From positions 6,971 to 70,970 of the forward strand of contig JAQCAB010000005.1 in the NCBI GenBank assembly GCA_027622375.1: a stretch of DNA of 64,000 nucleotides, in the 5' to 3' direction. Shown piece after piece: positions 48,730 through 59,214 of this stretch; position 1 is the stretch's first letter; each line of letters begins with the position of its first letter. Both the position numbers and the translations under genes were made by a program. This DNA comes from Bacteroidota bacterium. Its GTDB lineage: Bacteria; Bacteroidota; Ignavibacteria; UBA10030; UBA8401. The notes below the pieces were generated by a model. It had not been told where the DNA came from and ran no database searches. It saw nothing but the letters and a program-made list of their open reading frames with translations.

Positions 48730-48957
48730 TTATTTGGTTGCTAAAAGAATGCAAATAACGAGTGCAAAAAAGGTTGCTCCTTCGATAAGTGCTGCAGCAA
48801 TAATCATTGATGTACGAACTGCGCCGGCAACTTCAGGCTGACGACCGCTTGCTTCCATAGTTGCGGCTGCAAGTTTTCCAATTCCTAATCCTGCTCCAAT
48901 AATTGTTAAGCCGGCGCCGAGGCCTCCAGCTAAATATGCAAATGCGTTTGGTTCCAT
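48730..48957 (-). CDS. atpE: F0 ATP synthase subunit c
   Basis: 75-aa helical hairpin, Gly-rich helix 1 (GLGAGLTIIGAGLGIG), and the conserved carboxylate in helix 2 (AALIEGATFFALV). Confidence 0.92.
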   Translation of the reverse strand: MEPNAFAYLAGGLGAGLTIIGAGLGIGKLAAATMEASGRQPEVAGAVRTSMIIAAALIEGATFFALVICILLATK

Positions 48958-48985
48958 TTTATATCTCCTGTATATTTTTTAATTG

Positions 48986-49900
48986 TTAATGATTGTGTGA
49001 TTCTTTTTCGTGATGAGCGTTTTCTCCAGCTTGAATTCCAAAACCCATAAATAGTGCTGTCAACATCGTAAAAACATAAGCTTGTAAAACTGCTACAAAT
49101 AATTCTAATAAATTTATACCAACTACAAATAAAACTGAAATTGGTGCAACAATGTACGTTTTAAAAATAAAAATTAATCCAATTAACGAAAGTATAACTA
49201 AATGCCCTCCAGTCATATTTGCAAATAAACGAATACAAAGCGCAAATGGTTTTGTAAATAATCCGATAATTTCAATCGGAATCATAATTGGCCAAAGCCA
49301 CACTTGAACTCCACCAGTTAAGTGTGCTAAATAATGTTTAATGCCCTGAGATTTTATTGCAGAATATTGAATCATAATAAAAGCAATTATTGCCAATCCA
49401 GCTGTTACACTAATATTACCAGTTGATGAAGCGCCATATGGAATTAATCCAAATAAATTCATAACAAGAATAAAAAAGAAAGTTGTTAATAAATATGGAA
49501 GATATTGAAGCCCCGATTTACCCATATTTGGTAAAACAATTTCATCTCGAATATAAATAATTAATACTTCAATCAAGTTACCAAAACCTGTTGGCGCTTT
49601 TGATTTTGAATTTTTTCGCGCTGCAATTGATAATGAAATAATTAAAAGTAACGATGAAAATAAAATAAAGGCTACATGTTTTGTAATTGATAAATCTATT
49701 GTAAGACCATAAAAATTTATTGGTGTAAAATGTGGGAGTTCAATATGTCCAAAAGGAATTTCTAATTCACTTCCATCTTTTAAATGATCGAAAAGATGAG
49801 TAAAAATTTCTTTGCTGCTGAGCTCGTGACTTGTTGCATTAAGTGTGTCTGCAACTTGTTTAATTTGTTCTGTTGCTTGTTGATTACTAAAAAAAGCCAT
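48986..49900 (-). CDS. atpB: F0 ATP synthase subunit a
   Basis: Conserved LCIRLFANMTGGH arginine motif and a polytopic membrane layout. Confidence 0.92.
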   Translation of the reverse strand: MAFFSNQQATEQIKQVADTLNATSHELSSKEIFTHLFDHLKDGSELEIPFGHIELPHFTPINFYGLTIDLSITKHVAFILFSSLLLIISLSIAARKNSKSKAPTGFGNLIEVLIIYIRDEIVLPNMGKSGLQYLPYLLTTFFFILVMNLFGLIPYGASSTGNISVTAGLAIIAFIMIQYSAIKSQGIKHYLAHLTGGVQVWLWPIMIPIEIIGLFTKPFALCIRLFANMTGGHLVILSLIGLIFIFKTYIVAPISVLFVVGINLLELFVAVLQAYVFTMLTALFMGFGIQAGENAHHEKESHNH

Positions 49901-50278
49901 TTATTTTCTATGATTGTAAAAGCCGATGTAAAATAATTCTAAAATAAGGTACGCTAAATAAAAAAATATTGTCGAAATTGCTAATGAAAAAGCATTAATT
50001 TTAAATATTAGTATTGCAATTAATAACGATCCAGACAAAAAAAATATTCTTGCGACCATTCCTCCTAAAACAAAATTTCCGAAATTTTGAGAAGAAGTTT
50101 TTAATGCTTTTCTGGTCATAAAAAAAACAAATAAAATACTAGCTAAATTAATAATTGCTGCAATTATAATGCTTGATAATAGCTCATAATTATTTTGGAT
50201 TTTTATAATAATCGCACCAATTATAAGTAGTAGAGTTGTAATGCCCACTAATAGTTTAAAAAAAAAATTTTCAGTCAT
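49901..50278 (-). CDS. atpI: ATP synthase subunit I-like small membrane protein
   Basis: About 125 aa with four hydrophobic segments, immediately upstream of atpB. The start is set at MTENFFF..., whose ATG overlaps the upstream stop (ATGACTGA). The ORF track's longer version would overlap atpZ by 86 nt. Confidence 0.6.
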   Translation of the reverse strand: MTENFFFKLLVGITTLLLIIGAIIIKIQNNYELLSSIIIAAIINLASILFVFFMTRKALKTSSQNFGNFVLGGMVARIFFLSGSLLIAILIFKINAFSLAISTIFFYLAYLILELFYIGFYNHRK

Positions 50279-50519
50279 CTTGGACTTTTGAAGATTTTTC
50301 TGAAATTGATAATGCGGTTTTAATAAATTTATAAACCGACCCAATTCCACCAACAAAAGAAAAAATTATTGTTAGCCATGGCGAATAATTAAATTTTTTA
50401 TCCAACCACAAGCCTAAAAAAAAGAAAATCAAAACTCCTGCTGCTAATTGAATGCCGGCAGTTAACATTACAGAATTTTCTGCAAGTGGTTTATCTAACT
50501 TGTATTTTTTTTCTTCCAA
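50271..50519 (-). CDS. atpZ: AtpZ/AtpI-family small membrane protein
   Basis: 82 aa, two TM helices, with the GLWLDKKFNYSPWLTIIFSFVGGIGSVY pattern typical of the AtpZ family. First gene of the atp string. Confidence 0.7.
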   Translation of the reverse strand: MEEKKYKLDKPLAENSVMLTAGIQLAAGVLIFFFLGLWLDKKFNYSPWLTIIFSFVGGIGSVYKFIKTALSISEKSSKVQDD

Positions 50520-50547
50520 TGGTGTCGCTTAAATTTTAATAAATTAT

Positions 50548-50901
50548 TTATTTTGGGTTTGTTTGAGACTTATTATCGGTCATTGAAATTTTACCATCAA
50601 AAGTTGCTCCTTCATCAATTATAAGTGTTGTAGCTTTAATATCACCACGGATTAAAGATTTACCTTCAAAAACAATTTTTTCTTTTGCAATTACATCTCC
50701 AATAATTTTTCCGCTAACAAAAATATTTTTCCCTTTTATATTTCCTTGAATTTCTCCATTAATTCCAATCGTAATATTTTCTGTTGCGTTTATATCACCA
50801 ATAAATTGGCCATCAACACGAACGTTGCCTTGCGTGTTTAAGTTACCTTGAAATTTTGAAAGTGCTGCAATTAAGTTTAGGTCTTTAATCATTTTTTGCA
50901 A
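50548..50901 (-). CDS. Bactofilin-family cytoskeletal protein (CcmA-like)
   Basis: 117 aa of repeated beta-helix turns (G.I.G.I.A.E.I.I...G.V.G.I.G). Confidence 0.85.
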   Translation of the reverse strand: MQKMIKDLNLIAALSKFQGNLNTQGNVRVDGQFIGDINATENITIGINGEIQGNIKGKNIFVSGKIIGDVIAKEKIVFEGKSLIRGDIKATTLIIDEGATFDGKISMTDNKSQTNPK

Positions 50902-51730
50902 ATATATTATTATTCATAATCATAAACTCCGCAGGGTTTAGCGGAACTCCGTTTTGCCACAATTCAAAATGCAGATGTGGTCCCGAGCTTGATACTCCTG
51001 TGTTGCCAAGAAGCGCGATGCTTTCTCCTTGTAAAACTTTTTGATTTATTTTTTTTAGAAGGACTTGGTTATGCTTGTAAATTGAAACAAATCCATTTTG
51101 ATGTGAAATCATAATTACATTTCCATCTCGTTCAGTATAATCTGAAAAAATTACTTTCCCATCACGAACAGCGCTTATCACGGTTCCCTTTTTTGCTGAA
51201 AAATCAATTCCAAAATGCAACTCGCTTGGAATGTATTCGTTAGTTTGAAAACCTTTTACTGGGGGAGAAAATGGAAAATCAAATTGCGCTTGATTGTTAT
51301 TTGCACTGTAAGTTGTAATTGCGCCATTTGGTTTAAAATCAAAATTATTATTTTCCTCAATTAAAATTGTTCTGTTTGTAGTTTTTTTATTTTTTTCAAT
51401 ACCGAGAGCATTGCGAAGTTTATCATTATAATCTTGAATTGAAATAAATTCCTTTTGAAGCACTTGTAACTCATCACGAAGCGCGTAAATTTGTTTCCCA
51501 TATCGACGTTCAAGTTCATCTTGAGTTACTGGTAAAAATCTTTGAAGTGGTGTCGTTCGCAACATAAAAATCAACATAAAAATAAAAAATGAAGTTGAAA
51601 AAATAATTATTGTCAAAAGTTTAAATAACGACAAGCGCCAAGTTTTTGGATTTGATCCATCATGCTCGGGGACTAAAACAAATGAAAAAATTCGCTTTTT
51701 TGAATAATGATGTTCTTTATTTTTTGACAT
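50885..51730 (-). CDS. M23-family (LytM-type) metallopeptidase with an N-terminal membrane anchor and coiled coil
   Basis: HFGIDF...; C-terminal GNTGVSSGPHLHFELW zinc-site motif; TM helix near the N-terminus. 17-nt overlap with the bactofilin gene. Confidence 0.85.
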   Translation of the reverse strand: MSKNKEHHYSKKRIFSFVLVPEHDGSNPKTWRLSLFKLLTIIIFSTSFFIFMLIFMLRTTPLQRFLPVTQDELERRYGKQIYALRDELQVLQKEFISIQDYNDKLRNALGIEKNKKTTNRTILIEENNNFDFKPNGAITTYSANNNQAQFDFPFSPPVKGFQTNEYIPSELHFGIDFSAKKGTVISAVRDGKVIFSDYTERDGNVIMISHQNGFVSIYKHNQVLLKKINQKVLQGESIALLGNTGVSSSGPHLHFELWQNGVPLNPAEFMIMNNNIFAKND

Positions 51731-51823
51731 ATCCTAAATTTAATGGAAGGCAAAAATACCATTCAAATCCTTTAAAATCAACGAGATTAAATGCTTTTAA
51801 TAACACTTTATAACTTGATAGAA

Positions 51824-53227
51824 TTATTTTTGTGAGAGTTTTACTACGGTTTCAATATGATAAGTGTGCGGAAACATATCAACGGGTTGAATTTTTTCTA
51901 TTATATATCCACCATCCGACAAAAGTTTTAAATCCCGCGCGAGTGTTGTTGGATTACAGCTTACATAAATAATTTTTTTAATTTTAAATTTATTTAAACT
52001 TTCAATAATTTTTGGGTGGACCCCACTTCTAGGTGGATCGAGAATAATTATTTCTGGATTATGTTGAATTATTAATTTTTCGATTTCATTTTTTACATCA
52101 CCTAAAATAAAATTGCAGTTTTTTATTTTATTTATTTCTGCATTATTTATTGCATTTTCAATTGAGCTTTTTTCTGAATCAACACCAAAAACATTTTTTA
52201 CAAATGGTGAGATAAAAATTGATATTGTTCCAGTTCCGCAATATAAATCAAATACAGTATCTGTAGTTTTTAAATCGGAATAATTTTTTACAACATTGTA
52301 CAAATTAATTGTCTGTTTCGAGTTTGTTTGAAAAAAAGAATTAGCTGAAATTTTAAAAACCTGCTCTCCAATTTTTTCTTGAATGTAACCATTGCCGTGA
52401 TAAATTACTTCGTACTCACCAATTGCAACTTGCGATAACCTTGAATTAATATTATTTAAAACAGTTGTGATTTTTGGAAATTCACTCAAAAGAGAATTCG
52501 TAAGATTTTTCATCACAACAGGATCCGAGTTAAGTGTAACTATATTTATTAAAACTTCATTTGTAAACTTACTCTCCCTAATTACAAGATTTCTTAAATA
52601 TCCATTTTTAGTTTCGTTGTCGTAAGCTGTTAATTTATTTTCAATTGCATACTTACGAATAAAATTCAAAATTTTATTACTTTGTTCAGATTCTAAAAAA
52701 CACTCATCTATCTCAACTAATTTATCATAACGCTCGGGCGCATGGAAACCTAAAATAAATTCTTTTTTATTTTTTGTTTCATCATTTACTTCTTCCTTTT
52801 TAAGCCAACGCTTTGTCCCAAAAGAAAATTCAAGTTTATTTCTATAAAAATAAATTTCGCTCGAGGGAATAATTTTTTCCACAACAATATTTTTAAAACC
52901 ACCAATTCGCTCAATCGAATCGATTACATGATTTTCTTTTTCAATTAATTGAGATTGATAATTAAAATTTTGCCATTTGCATCCACCACAAATTCCAAAA
53001 TGCGAGCACTCTGGTTTTACTCTTTTCTCGGAAGGCTTTATAATTTCAATTAGCTTTGCTTCACAATATTGCTTTTTAACTTTATAAATTTCAACTTTTG
53101 CTGTATCGCCAGCAACGCAACCTTCAACAAATATTACCATTCCATCAATGCGGGCAATGCTTTTTCCACCAAACACTGTGGATTCAATATAAACTTCTAG
53201 TTGAGATTGTTTTTGTAATAAGTTCAC
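51824..53227 (-). CDS. rlmD: 23S rRNA (uracil-C5)-methyltransferase, RlmD/RumA family
   Basis: N-terminal TRAM domain, an Fe-S cysteine cluster (CSHFGICGGCKWQ), the SAM motif DLYCGTGT and the catalytic YVSCNP. Confidence 0.85.
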   Translation of the reverse strand: MNLLQKQSQLEVYIESTVFGGKSIARIDGMVIFVEGCVAGDTAKVEIYKVKKQYCEAKLIEIIKPSEKRVKPECSHFGICGGCKWQNFNYQSQLIEKENHVIDSIERIGGFKNIVVEKIIPSSEIYFYRNKLEFSFGTKRWLKKEEVNDETKNKKEFILGFHAPERYDKLVEIDECFLESEQSNKILNFIRKYAIENKLTAYDNETKNGYLRNLVIRESKFTNEVLINIVTLNSDPVVMKNLTNSLLSEFPKITTVLNNINSRLSQVAIGEYEVIYHGNGYIQEKIGEQVFKISANSFFQTNSKQTINLYNVVKNYSDLKTTDTVFDLYCGTGTISIFISPFVKNVFGVDSEKSSIENAINNAEINKIKNCNFILGDVKNEIEKLIIQHNPEIIILDPPRSGVHPKIIESLNKFKIKKIIYVSCNPTTLARDLKLLSDGGYIIEKIQPVDMFPHTYHIETVVKLSQK

Positions 53228-53251
53228 AGATAAAACTTTTTGGTAATCAAA

Positions 53252-54475
53252 TTAAATTTGATAGCCAAATTTTTTTGATAGTTGTTCGTAGTAATTTATA
53301 TTTGAACGGACATATTCTCTTTTTTCTTGATAGCTCCCATAATAAAAACTTCTCTTAAAACCGTAAATCAAAATATCTTTAAGTTGTTTTGGTGAGATGT
53401 CAAAATTATCAACAGCTAATTTAATTTCGTTAGTTACAGTTGTGTTCGAAACAAGTCGGTTGTCTGTACAAAGTGAAATTGAAAGTCGCGCTTCAAGCAT
53501 TTTTTTAAGCGCGTGGTTTTTAATATTATTTTCCAACTCAGGCATAGTTTGCAAGTTTGACGTCAAACAAACTTCGAGTGTAATTCTATGTTCGGCAATA
53601 TATTGTGCAAGTTTTTTGATATAGCTTTCTTTATCTTTTATTGATGAGCTTTGAATTCTATCAGGACTAAAAATATGGAATCCGTGTCCAATTCTATCAG
53701 CGTGTAATTCTGTAATTGCTTGAAAAATACTTTCCGGCCCATAAGCTTCCCCCGCATGAACGGTTTTACTAATAAAATTTTTATGAATTAAATCGAATGC
53801 CTTAAAATGATCTCCTGCCGGATAACCTGATTCTTGTCCTGCTAAATCAAACGCAACTATCGGAAATCCTTCATCTCGGAGTTTAACAACCGCATTTGCC
53901 ATTTCAAAAGATGCGAGTGAATAAATATTTTCATTTGAAGTATATTTATGAACAGTTGTAAATTTTTTAAAGTAATCTGAAAATCCACCAGTAAACATCC
54001 TCATTGCAATAATTATTATTCCATATTCAAAACGTGGTTCTTGTCCGGATAATATTTCTATTTTTGAATTAATTTCTTTTTTTGCTTTATCAAATCCCCG
54101 AGTAACACTTTCAACAACTCCATGAATATCTATTTTATCATTAACATGTAATTGTGGAGCAAAACGTACTTCGCAATATCTGACACCCTCTTCAAAATTA
54201 TCTATTGCAAGTTCATAGGCTACTTGCTCAAGTGATTCTTCGTCTTGTAAAACAGAACAGGTTAATCCAAATCCATGTAAATACTCAACTAAATTTTTAT
54301 ACTTGCTTTTAAAAACAAGTTCTTTTAAACCAGATTCAGTATTAGATGGTAGTTTTATTTTTCTAGACTTTGCAAGTTCAATTAAAGTTGAAAGTCTTAG
54401 CGAGCCATCTAAATGAACATGAAGTTCAGTCTTGGGTAAAAGTTTTAAATAATTAATATCAAACTTAAAACTCAT
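53252..54475 (-). CDS. add: Adenosine/adenine deaminase family protein
   Basis: Metal-binding ELHVHLDGS near the N-terminus, HAGE, and the TDN(R) C-terminal motif (LCTDNRL). Confidence 0.8.
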   Translation of the reverse strand: MSFKFDINYLKLLPKTELHVHLDGSLRLSTLIELAKSRKIKLPSNTESGLKELVFKSKYKNLVEYLHGFGLTCSVLQDEESLEQVAYELAIDNFEEGVRYCEVRFAPQLHVNDKIDIHGVVESVTRGFDKAKKEINSKIEILSGQEPRFEYGIIIIAMRMFTGGFSDYFKKFTTVHKYTSNENIYSLASFEMANAVVKLRDEGFPIVAFDLAGQESGYPAGDHFKAFDLIHKNFISKTVHAGEAYGPESIFQAITELHADRIGHGFHIFSPDRIQSSSIKDKESYIKKLAQYIAEHRITLEVCLTSNLQTMPELENNIKNHALKKMLEARLSISLCTDNRLVSNTTVTNEIKLAVDNFDISPKQLKDILIYGFKRSFYYGSYQEKREYVRSNINYYEQLSKKFGYQI

Positions 54476-55182
54476 TTTATTTTTATTAATTCCATTTCAA
54501 AAATTAAAGTAGAGTTCGGTCCAATAATACTACTTTTGGTTCGTTCGCCATAAGCCAAATGCGCAGGAACAAATAATTGCCACTTTGAACCTTCCTGCAT
54601 TAATTGTAAAGCTTCTGTCCAACCTTTAATAAATTTATCAACGGGATATTCAATTGGGACCCCTTTATCAAGCGAGCTGTCAAAAATTGTGCCATCAATT
54701 AATGTCCCTTTATGATGTGCGAAGATTGTATCTGTTGATTGTGGCTTTTTGCCTTTGCCATCAACAATTATTTTATATTGAAGCCCACTTGGCAATACAA
54801 CAACTCCTTCCTTTAAAGCATTTTTTGCAAGGAATTCATTTCCATCTTCAAGATTTTTAGATTTTAATTCGCTTTCTTTTTTTTGTTCGGCTTCAACAAT
54901 TTCCTGTTGGAAGCTTTTCATAACTTCGTTCATTTCTTCTTCGGTTAATTGAAGTTTTAAGCCATCAAGAATATTTTTAATCCCTTCGTTTATTATTTTT
55001 AAATCAACATCTAAATTTTGTTGTTTAATATTTTTACCAATATCAACTCCAATTGTATAACTTAATTTTTCTTTTTTAGTATTTAATTTTAATTTTTCAT
55101 TTTTGGATTGAGATGTTAATTGCGTTGAAATTAAAATTGTAATTATTAAAAACTGTAAATATTTTTTCATTTTATTTTTCAT
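54472..55182 (-). CDS. FKBP-type peptidyl-prolyl cis-trans isomerase (FkpA-like, secreted)
   Basis: Signal peptide, an FKBP_N-like helical domain, and an FKBP core (HHKGTLIDGTIFDSS...FIKGWTEAL...LIFEMELI). Confidence 0.85.
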   Translation of the reverse strand: MKNKMKKYLQFLIITILISTQLTSQSKNEKLKLNTKKEKLSYTIGVDIGKNIKQQNLDVDLKIINEGIKNILDGLKLQLTEEEMNEVMKSFQQEIVEAEQKKESELKSKNLEDGNEFLAKNALKEGVVVLPSGLQYKIIVDGKGKKPQSTDTIFAHHKGTLIDGTIFDSSLDKGVPIEYPVDKFIKGWTEALQLMQEGSKWQLFVPAHLAYGERTKSSIIGPNSTLIFEMELIKIK

Positions 55183-55611
55183 TTATTTTGATGATGTGTG
55201 ATCATAAATAATTTTCCAGCTATTGTTGTTTTTTTCAAAAACTAAAGTAAATAATCCACCGAGTGTATCTTTTGTGCGAGCAACTTCCCACTTCCCAAAA
55301 ACAAGAGCTTTGTTTAAATTTAGAATTTGGATATCGAGTTCCGAAAATTTTAATTTTCCCATTTTCTCTTTTGTTGAATAACTATTTTTATACCTATCAA
55401 GCATCCCTTGCCAACCGTAAATTGTATTTCCACCAGAGGCAAAACGAATTGAATCACTTTTCAAATATCCGTCCATAAATTCTTCAACGCTTCCCCTATT
55501 CCAGGCTTTAATTTGAAGATTTAAAACATCCTCAATTTCATTTTTTGGGTTTTGACAAAAAATATTATTTGAAAATAAAATTGAAAATAAAAAAATAAAA
55601 ATTATTCTCAT
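55183..55611 (-). CDS. Secreted NTF2-like (SnoaL/DUF4440-type) protein
   Basis: Signal peptide and a ~120-aa domain with the IQAWNRGSVEEFMDGY... pattern typical of NTF2-fold DUF4440 proteins. Confidence 0.55.
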   Translation of the reverse strand: MRIIFIFLFSILFSNNIFCQNPKNEIEDVLNLQIKAWNRGSVEEFMDGYLKSDSIRFASGGNTIYGWQGMLDRYKNSYSTKEKMGKLKFSELDIQILNLNKALVFGKWEVARTKDTLGGLFTLVFEKNNNSWKIIYDHTSSK

Positions 55612-57017
55612 TTATTATTTGCGCCAACTGCTGCAAGCAGCGTTCTAACTTTTTTTGGATTATCAGCTTCTGCATAAAAACGGACAAGTGGTTCTGTTCC
55701 AGATGCGCGTATCATCACCCAGCCATCGTCAACATAAAATTTAAATCCATCTGATTTGTCAATTCTTGTTACAGAGAAAGTACCAATTTTTTTTATTGGT
55801 GATGAAAATTTATTTAATAATTTTTCTTTTTCAGAATTTGTCATATGAACATCAATTCTGTGATAATGGTGTTCACCAAACTCATCAAATAATTCTTGAA
55901 CTAGTTCACTCAATTTCATTCTTCTGACTGACATAATTTCGGCTAAAAGTAATCCGTTAAAAATTCCATCGCGTTCGGGAATGTGGTTTTGAATTCCCAG
56001 CCCACCACTTTCTTCCCCAGCAATTATTAAATTTTTCTCTGTCATTAATCTACACAAATGTTTAAAACCAACAGGCGTCTCGTAAAGTTTTAAATTATAT
56101 TTTGTGCACATTTTCGGAATTATCTCGCTGATATTAATAGACTTTGCAACCTCTCCTTTATAAAGTCTATGTTCAACAAGATATTTTAAAAAGATTGCAA
56201 AAATTCTGTGAGAGTCAACAAACTGACCAGTTTCATCAACAGCCCCAATTCTATCGGCGTCACCATCAGTTGCAATTCCTAAATCAAAATCCCCAATTAC
56301 AACTCCGTTGCTTAAGTCAAATAAATTATTTGCAATTGGTTCGGGACGCGCGCGATTAAACCCAGGATTATATTCATTGCGAATTCCTTTTATTGAAGGA
56401 ACAAGTAATTGAGGAACCCCTTGCCCAGCGCCAAACATTGCATCGTAAAGAATTTTTAATTTTACACTTTCAATTAAATCAAGTTCTATTTTTGATTCTA
56501 TTTCTTTTATGTAAAGAGATGTCAAATCTGTAAATTCAATTTTATTTTTCTCAATAAGTTCTTCGAATGATTTTAAACTTATCGGCATTTCAAAATTATT
56601 TTGTAATGGATCCAGAATTTTTTCCAATTTTGAAATCATCTCCGGATGCATTGGTCCACCAAAATCACCTTTTAATTTAAATCCATTATATTTTGCTGGA
56701 TTATGACTTGCGGTAATTACAATTCCACCAGCAGCTTTAAATTTTATAACTGCAAGTGACACCATTGGAGTTGTAGAAATTTTATCAGCGAGTTTTACTT
56801 TTATACCGGCAGATGCAATTATTATAGCAACATGGTGAGCGAATTCTTGCGAAAGAAACCGCGAGTCATAACCAATTACAATTCCGTTTTGAATTTTTTT
56901 ATGTTTTGAAAAATATCTTGCAGCTGCAAACGAAACAATTAATAATTGATCAAATGTAAAATCTTGACCAATTACACCTCTCCAACCATCTGTTCCAAAA
57001 ATAATTTTATGACTCAT
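55608..57017 (-). CDS. Phosphoglucomutase/phosphomannomutase family protein
   Basis: Active-site loop ITASHNPAKYNGFK, metal loop ATDGDADR and sugar loop GEESGG. Confidence 0.9.
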   Translation of the reverse strand: MSHKIIFGTDGWRGVIGQDFTFDQLLIVSFAAARYFSKHKKIQNGIVIGYDSRFLSQEFAHHVAIIIASAGIKVKLADKISTTPMVSLAVIKFKAAGGIVITASHNPAKYNGFKLKGDFGGPMHPEMISKLEKILDPLQNNFEMPISLKSFEELIEKNKIEFTDLTSLYIKEIESKIELDLIESVKLKILYDAMFGAGQGVPQLLVPSIKGIRNEYNPGFNRARPEPIANNLFDLSNGVVIGDFDLGIATDGDADRIGAVDETGQFVDSHRIFAIFLKYLVEHRLYKGEVAKSINISEIIPKMCTKYNLKLYETPVGFKHLCRLMTEKNLIIAGEESGGLGIQNHIPERDGIFNGLLLAEIMSVRRMKLSELVQELFDEFGEHHYHRIDVHMTNSEKEKLLNKFSSPIKKIGTFSVTRIDKSDGFKFYVDDGWVMIRASGTEPLVRFYAEADNPKKVRTLLAAVGANNK

Positions 57018-57020
57018 AAT

Positions 57021-58370
<1,350 letters not shown>

Positions 58371-58403
58371 TTAGTGATATAAAATTTTTCTAACTTTCAA
58401 AAA

Positions 58404-59210
58404 ATGGAAAATAAATTAAATAATCCAATAGGTGTATTTGATTCTGGGATTGGTGGACTCACGGTTGTTAAATCTATTTTACAACAATTGCCGAACGAAA
58501 ATATTGTTTACTTTGGTGATACTGCTCGAGTTCCTTACGGTACAAAATCAAATGCAGTTGTCAGAGAATACACTCGCGATGATGTTAAAATTTTACTCGA
58601 TCACAATGTTAAAATAATTGTAGTTGCTTGCAACACAGTTTCAGCAGTAGCATTAGATATTGTAACTCAAATGTCCAATATTCCGGTTGTTGGTATGATA
58701 ATGCCTGGCTCACAGGCTGCATTAAAATCAACAAAATCAAATCATATTGGAATTATTGGAACTACAGCAACAATTAATAGCAAGGCATACGAAAATACAA
58801 TCCTTCAATTAAATTCAGAGGCGGAATGTTTTTCAAAAGCTTGTCCACTTTTTGTTCCTCTTGCCGAAGAAGGATTTTACAATCACAAAGCAACCGAACT
58901 AATTGCAAAAGAATATCTTTTAACTTTAATGGAAAATAAAATTGATACTTTAATTTTAGGATGCACTCATTATCCACTTTTAAAAGAAATAATTTTAAAA
59001 GTTACCGAGTCAAAAGTAAAATTGATTGATTCAGGAGAAGCGGCTGCAAAAAATGTTAAAAAAGTTTTGACTGAAAAAAAATTATTAAATAAAAGTAAAG
59101 ATGGTGCTTTACTTCAATTTTATGTGAGTGACGCACCACAAAAAATTTCAAAACTTGGAGAAGAATTTCTTGGCCGTAAATTAGGCGTTGTTCGTCAAAT
59201 ACACATTTAA
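58404..59210 (+). CDS. murI: Glutamate racemase
   Basis: IGVFDSGIGGLTV, VVACNTVS and LGCTHYPLL catalytic-cysteine motifs. Confidence 0.93.
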   Translation: MENKLNNPIGVFDSGIGGLTVVKSILQQLPNENIVYFGDTARVPYGTKSNAVVREYTRDDVKILLDHNVKIIVVACNTVSAVALDIVTQMSNIPVVGMIMPGSQAALKSTKSNHIGIIGTTATINSKAYENTILQLNSEAECFSKACPLFVPLAEEGFYNHKATELIAKEYLLTLMENKIDTLILGCTHYPLLKEIILKVTESKVKLIDSGEAAAKNVKKVLTEKKLLNKSKDGALLQFYVSDAPQKISKLGEEFLGRKLGVVRQIHI

Positions 59211-59214
59211 AAAG

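Noticed and set aside
50279-50356. N-terminal extension of the atpI-like ORF (ORF track start at 50356)
   Set aside because: It would overlap atpZ by 86 nt. The internal Met at 50278 gives the usual short start/stop overlap and begins right at the first hydrophobic helix.
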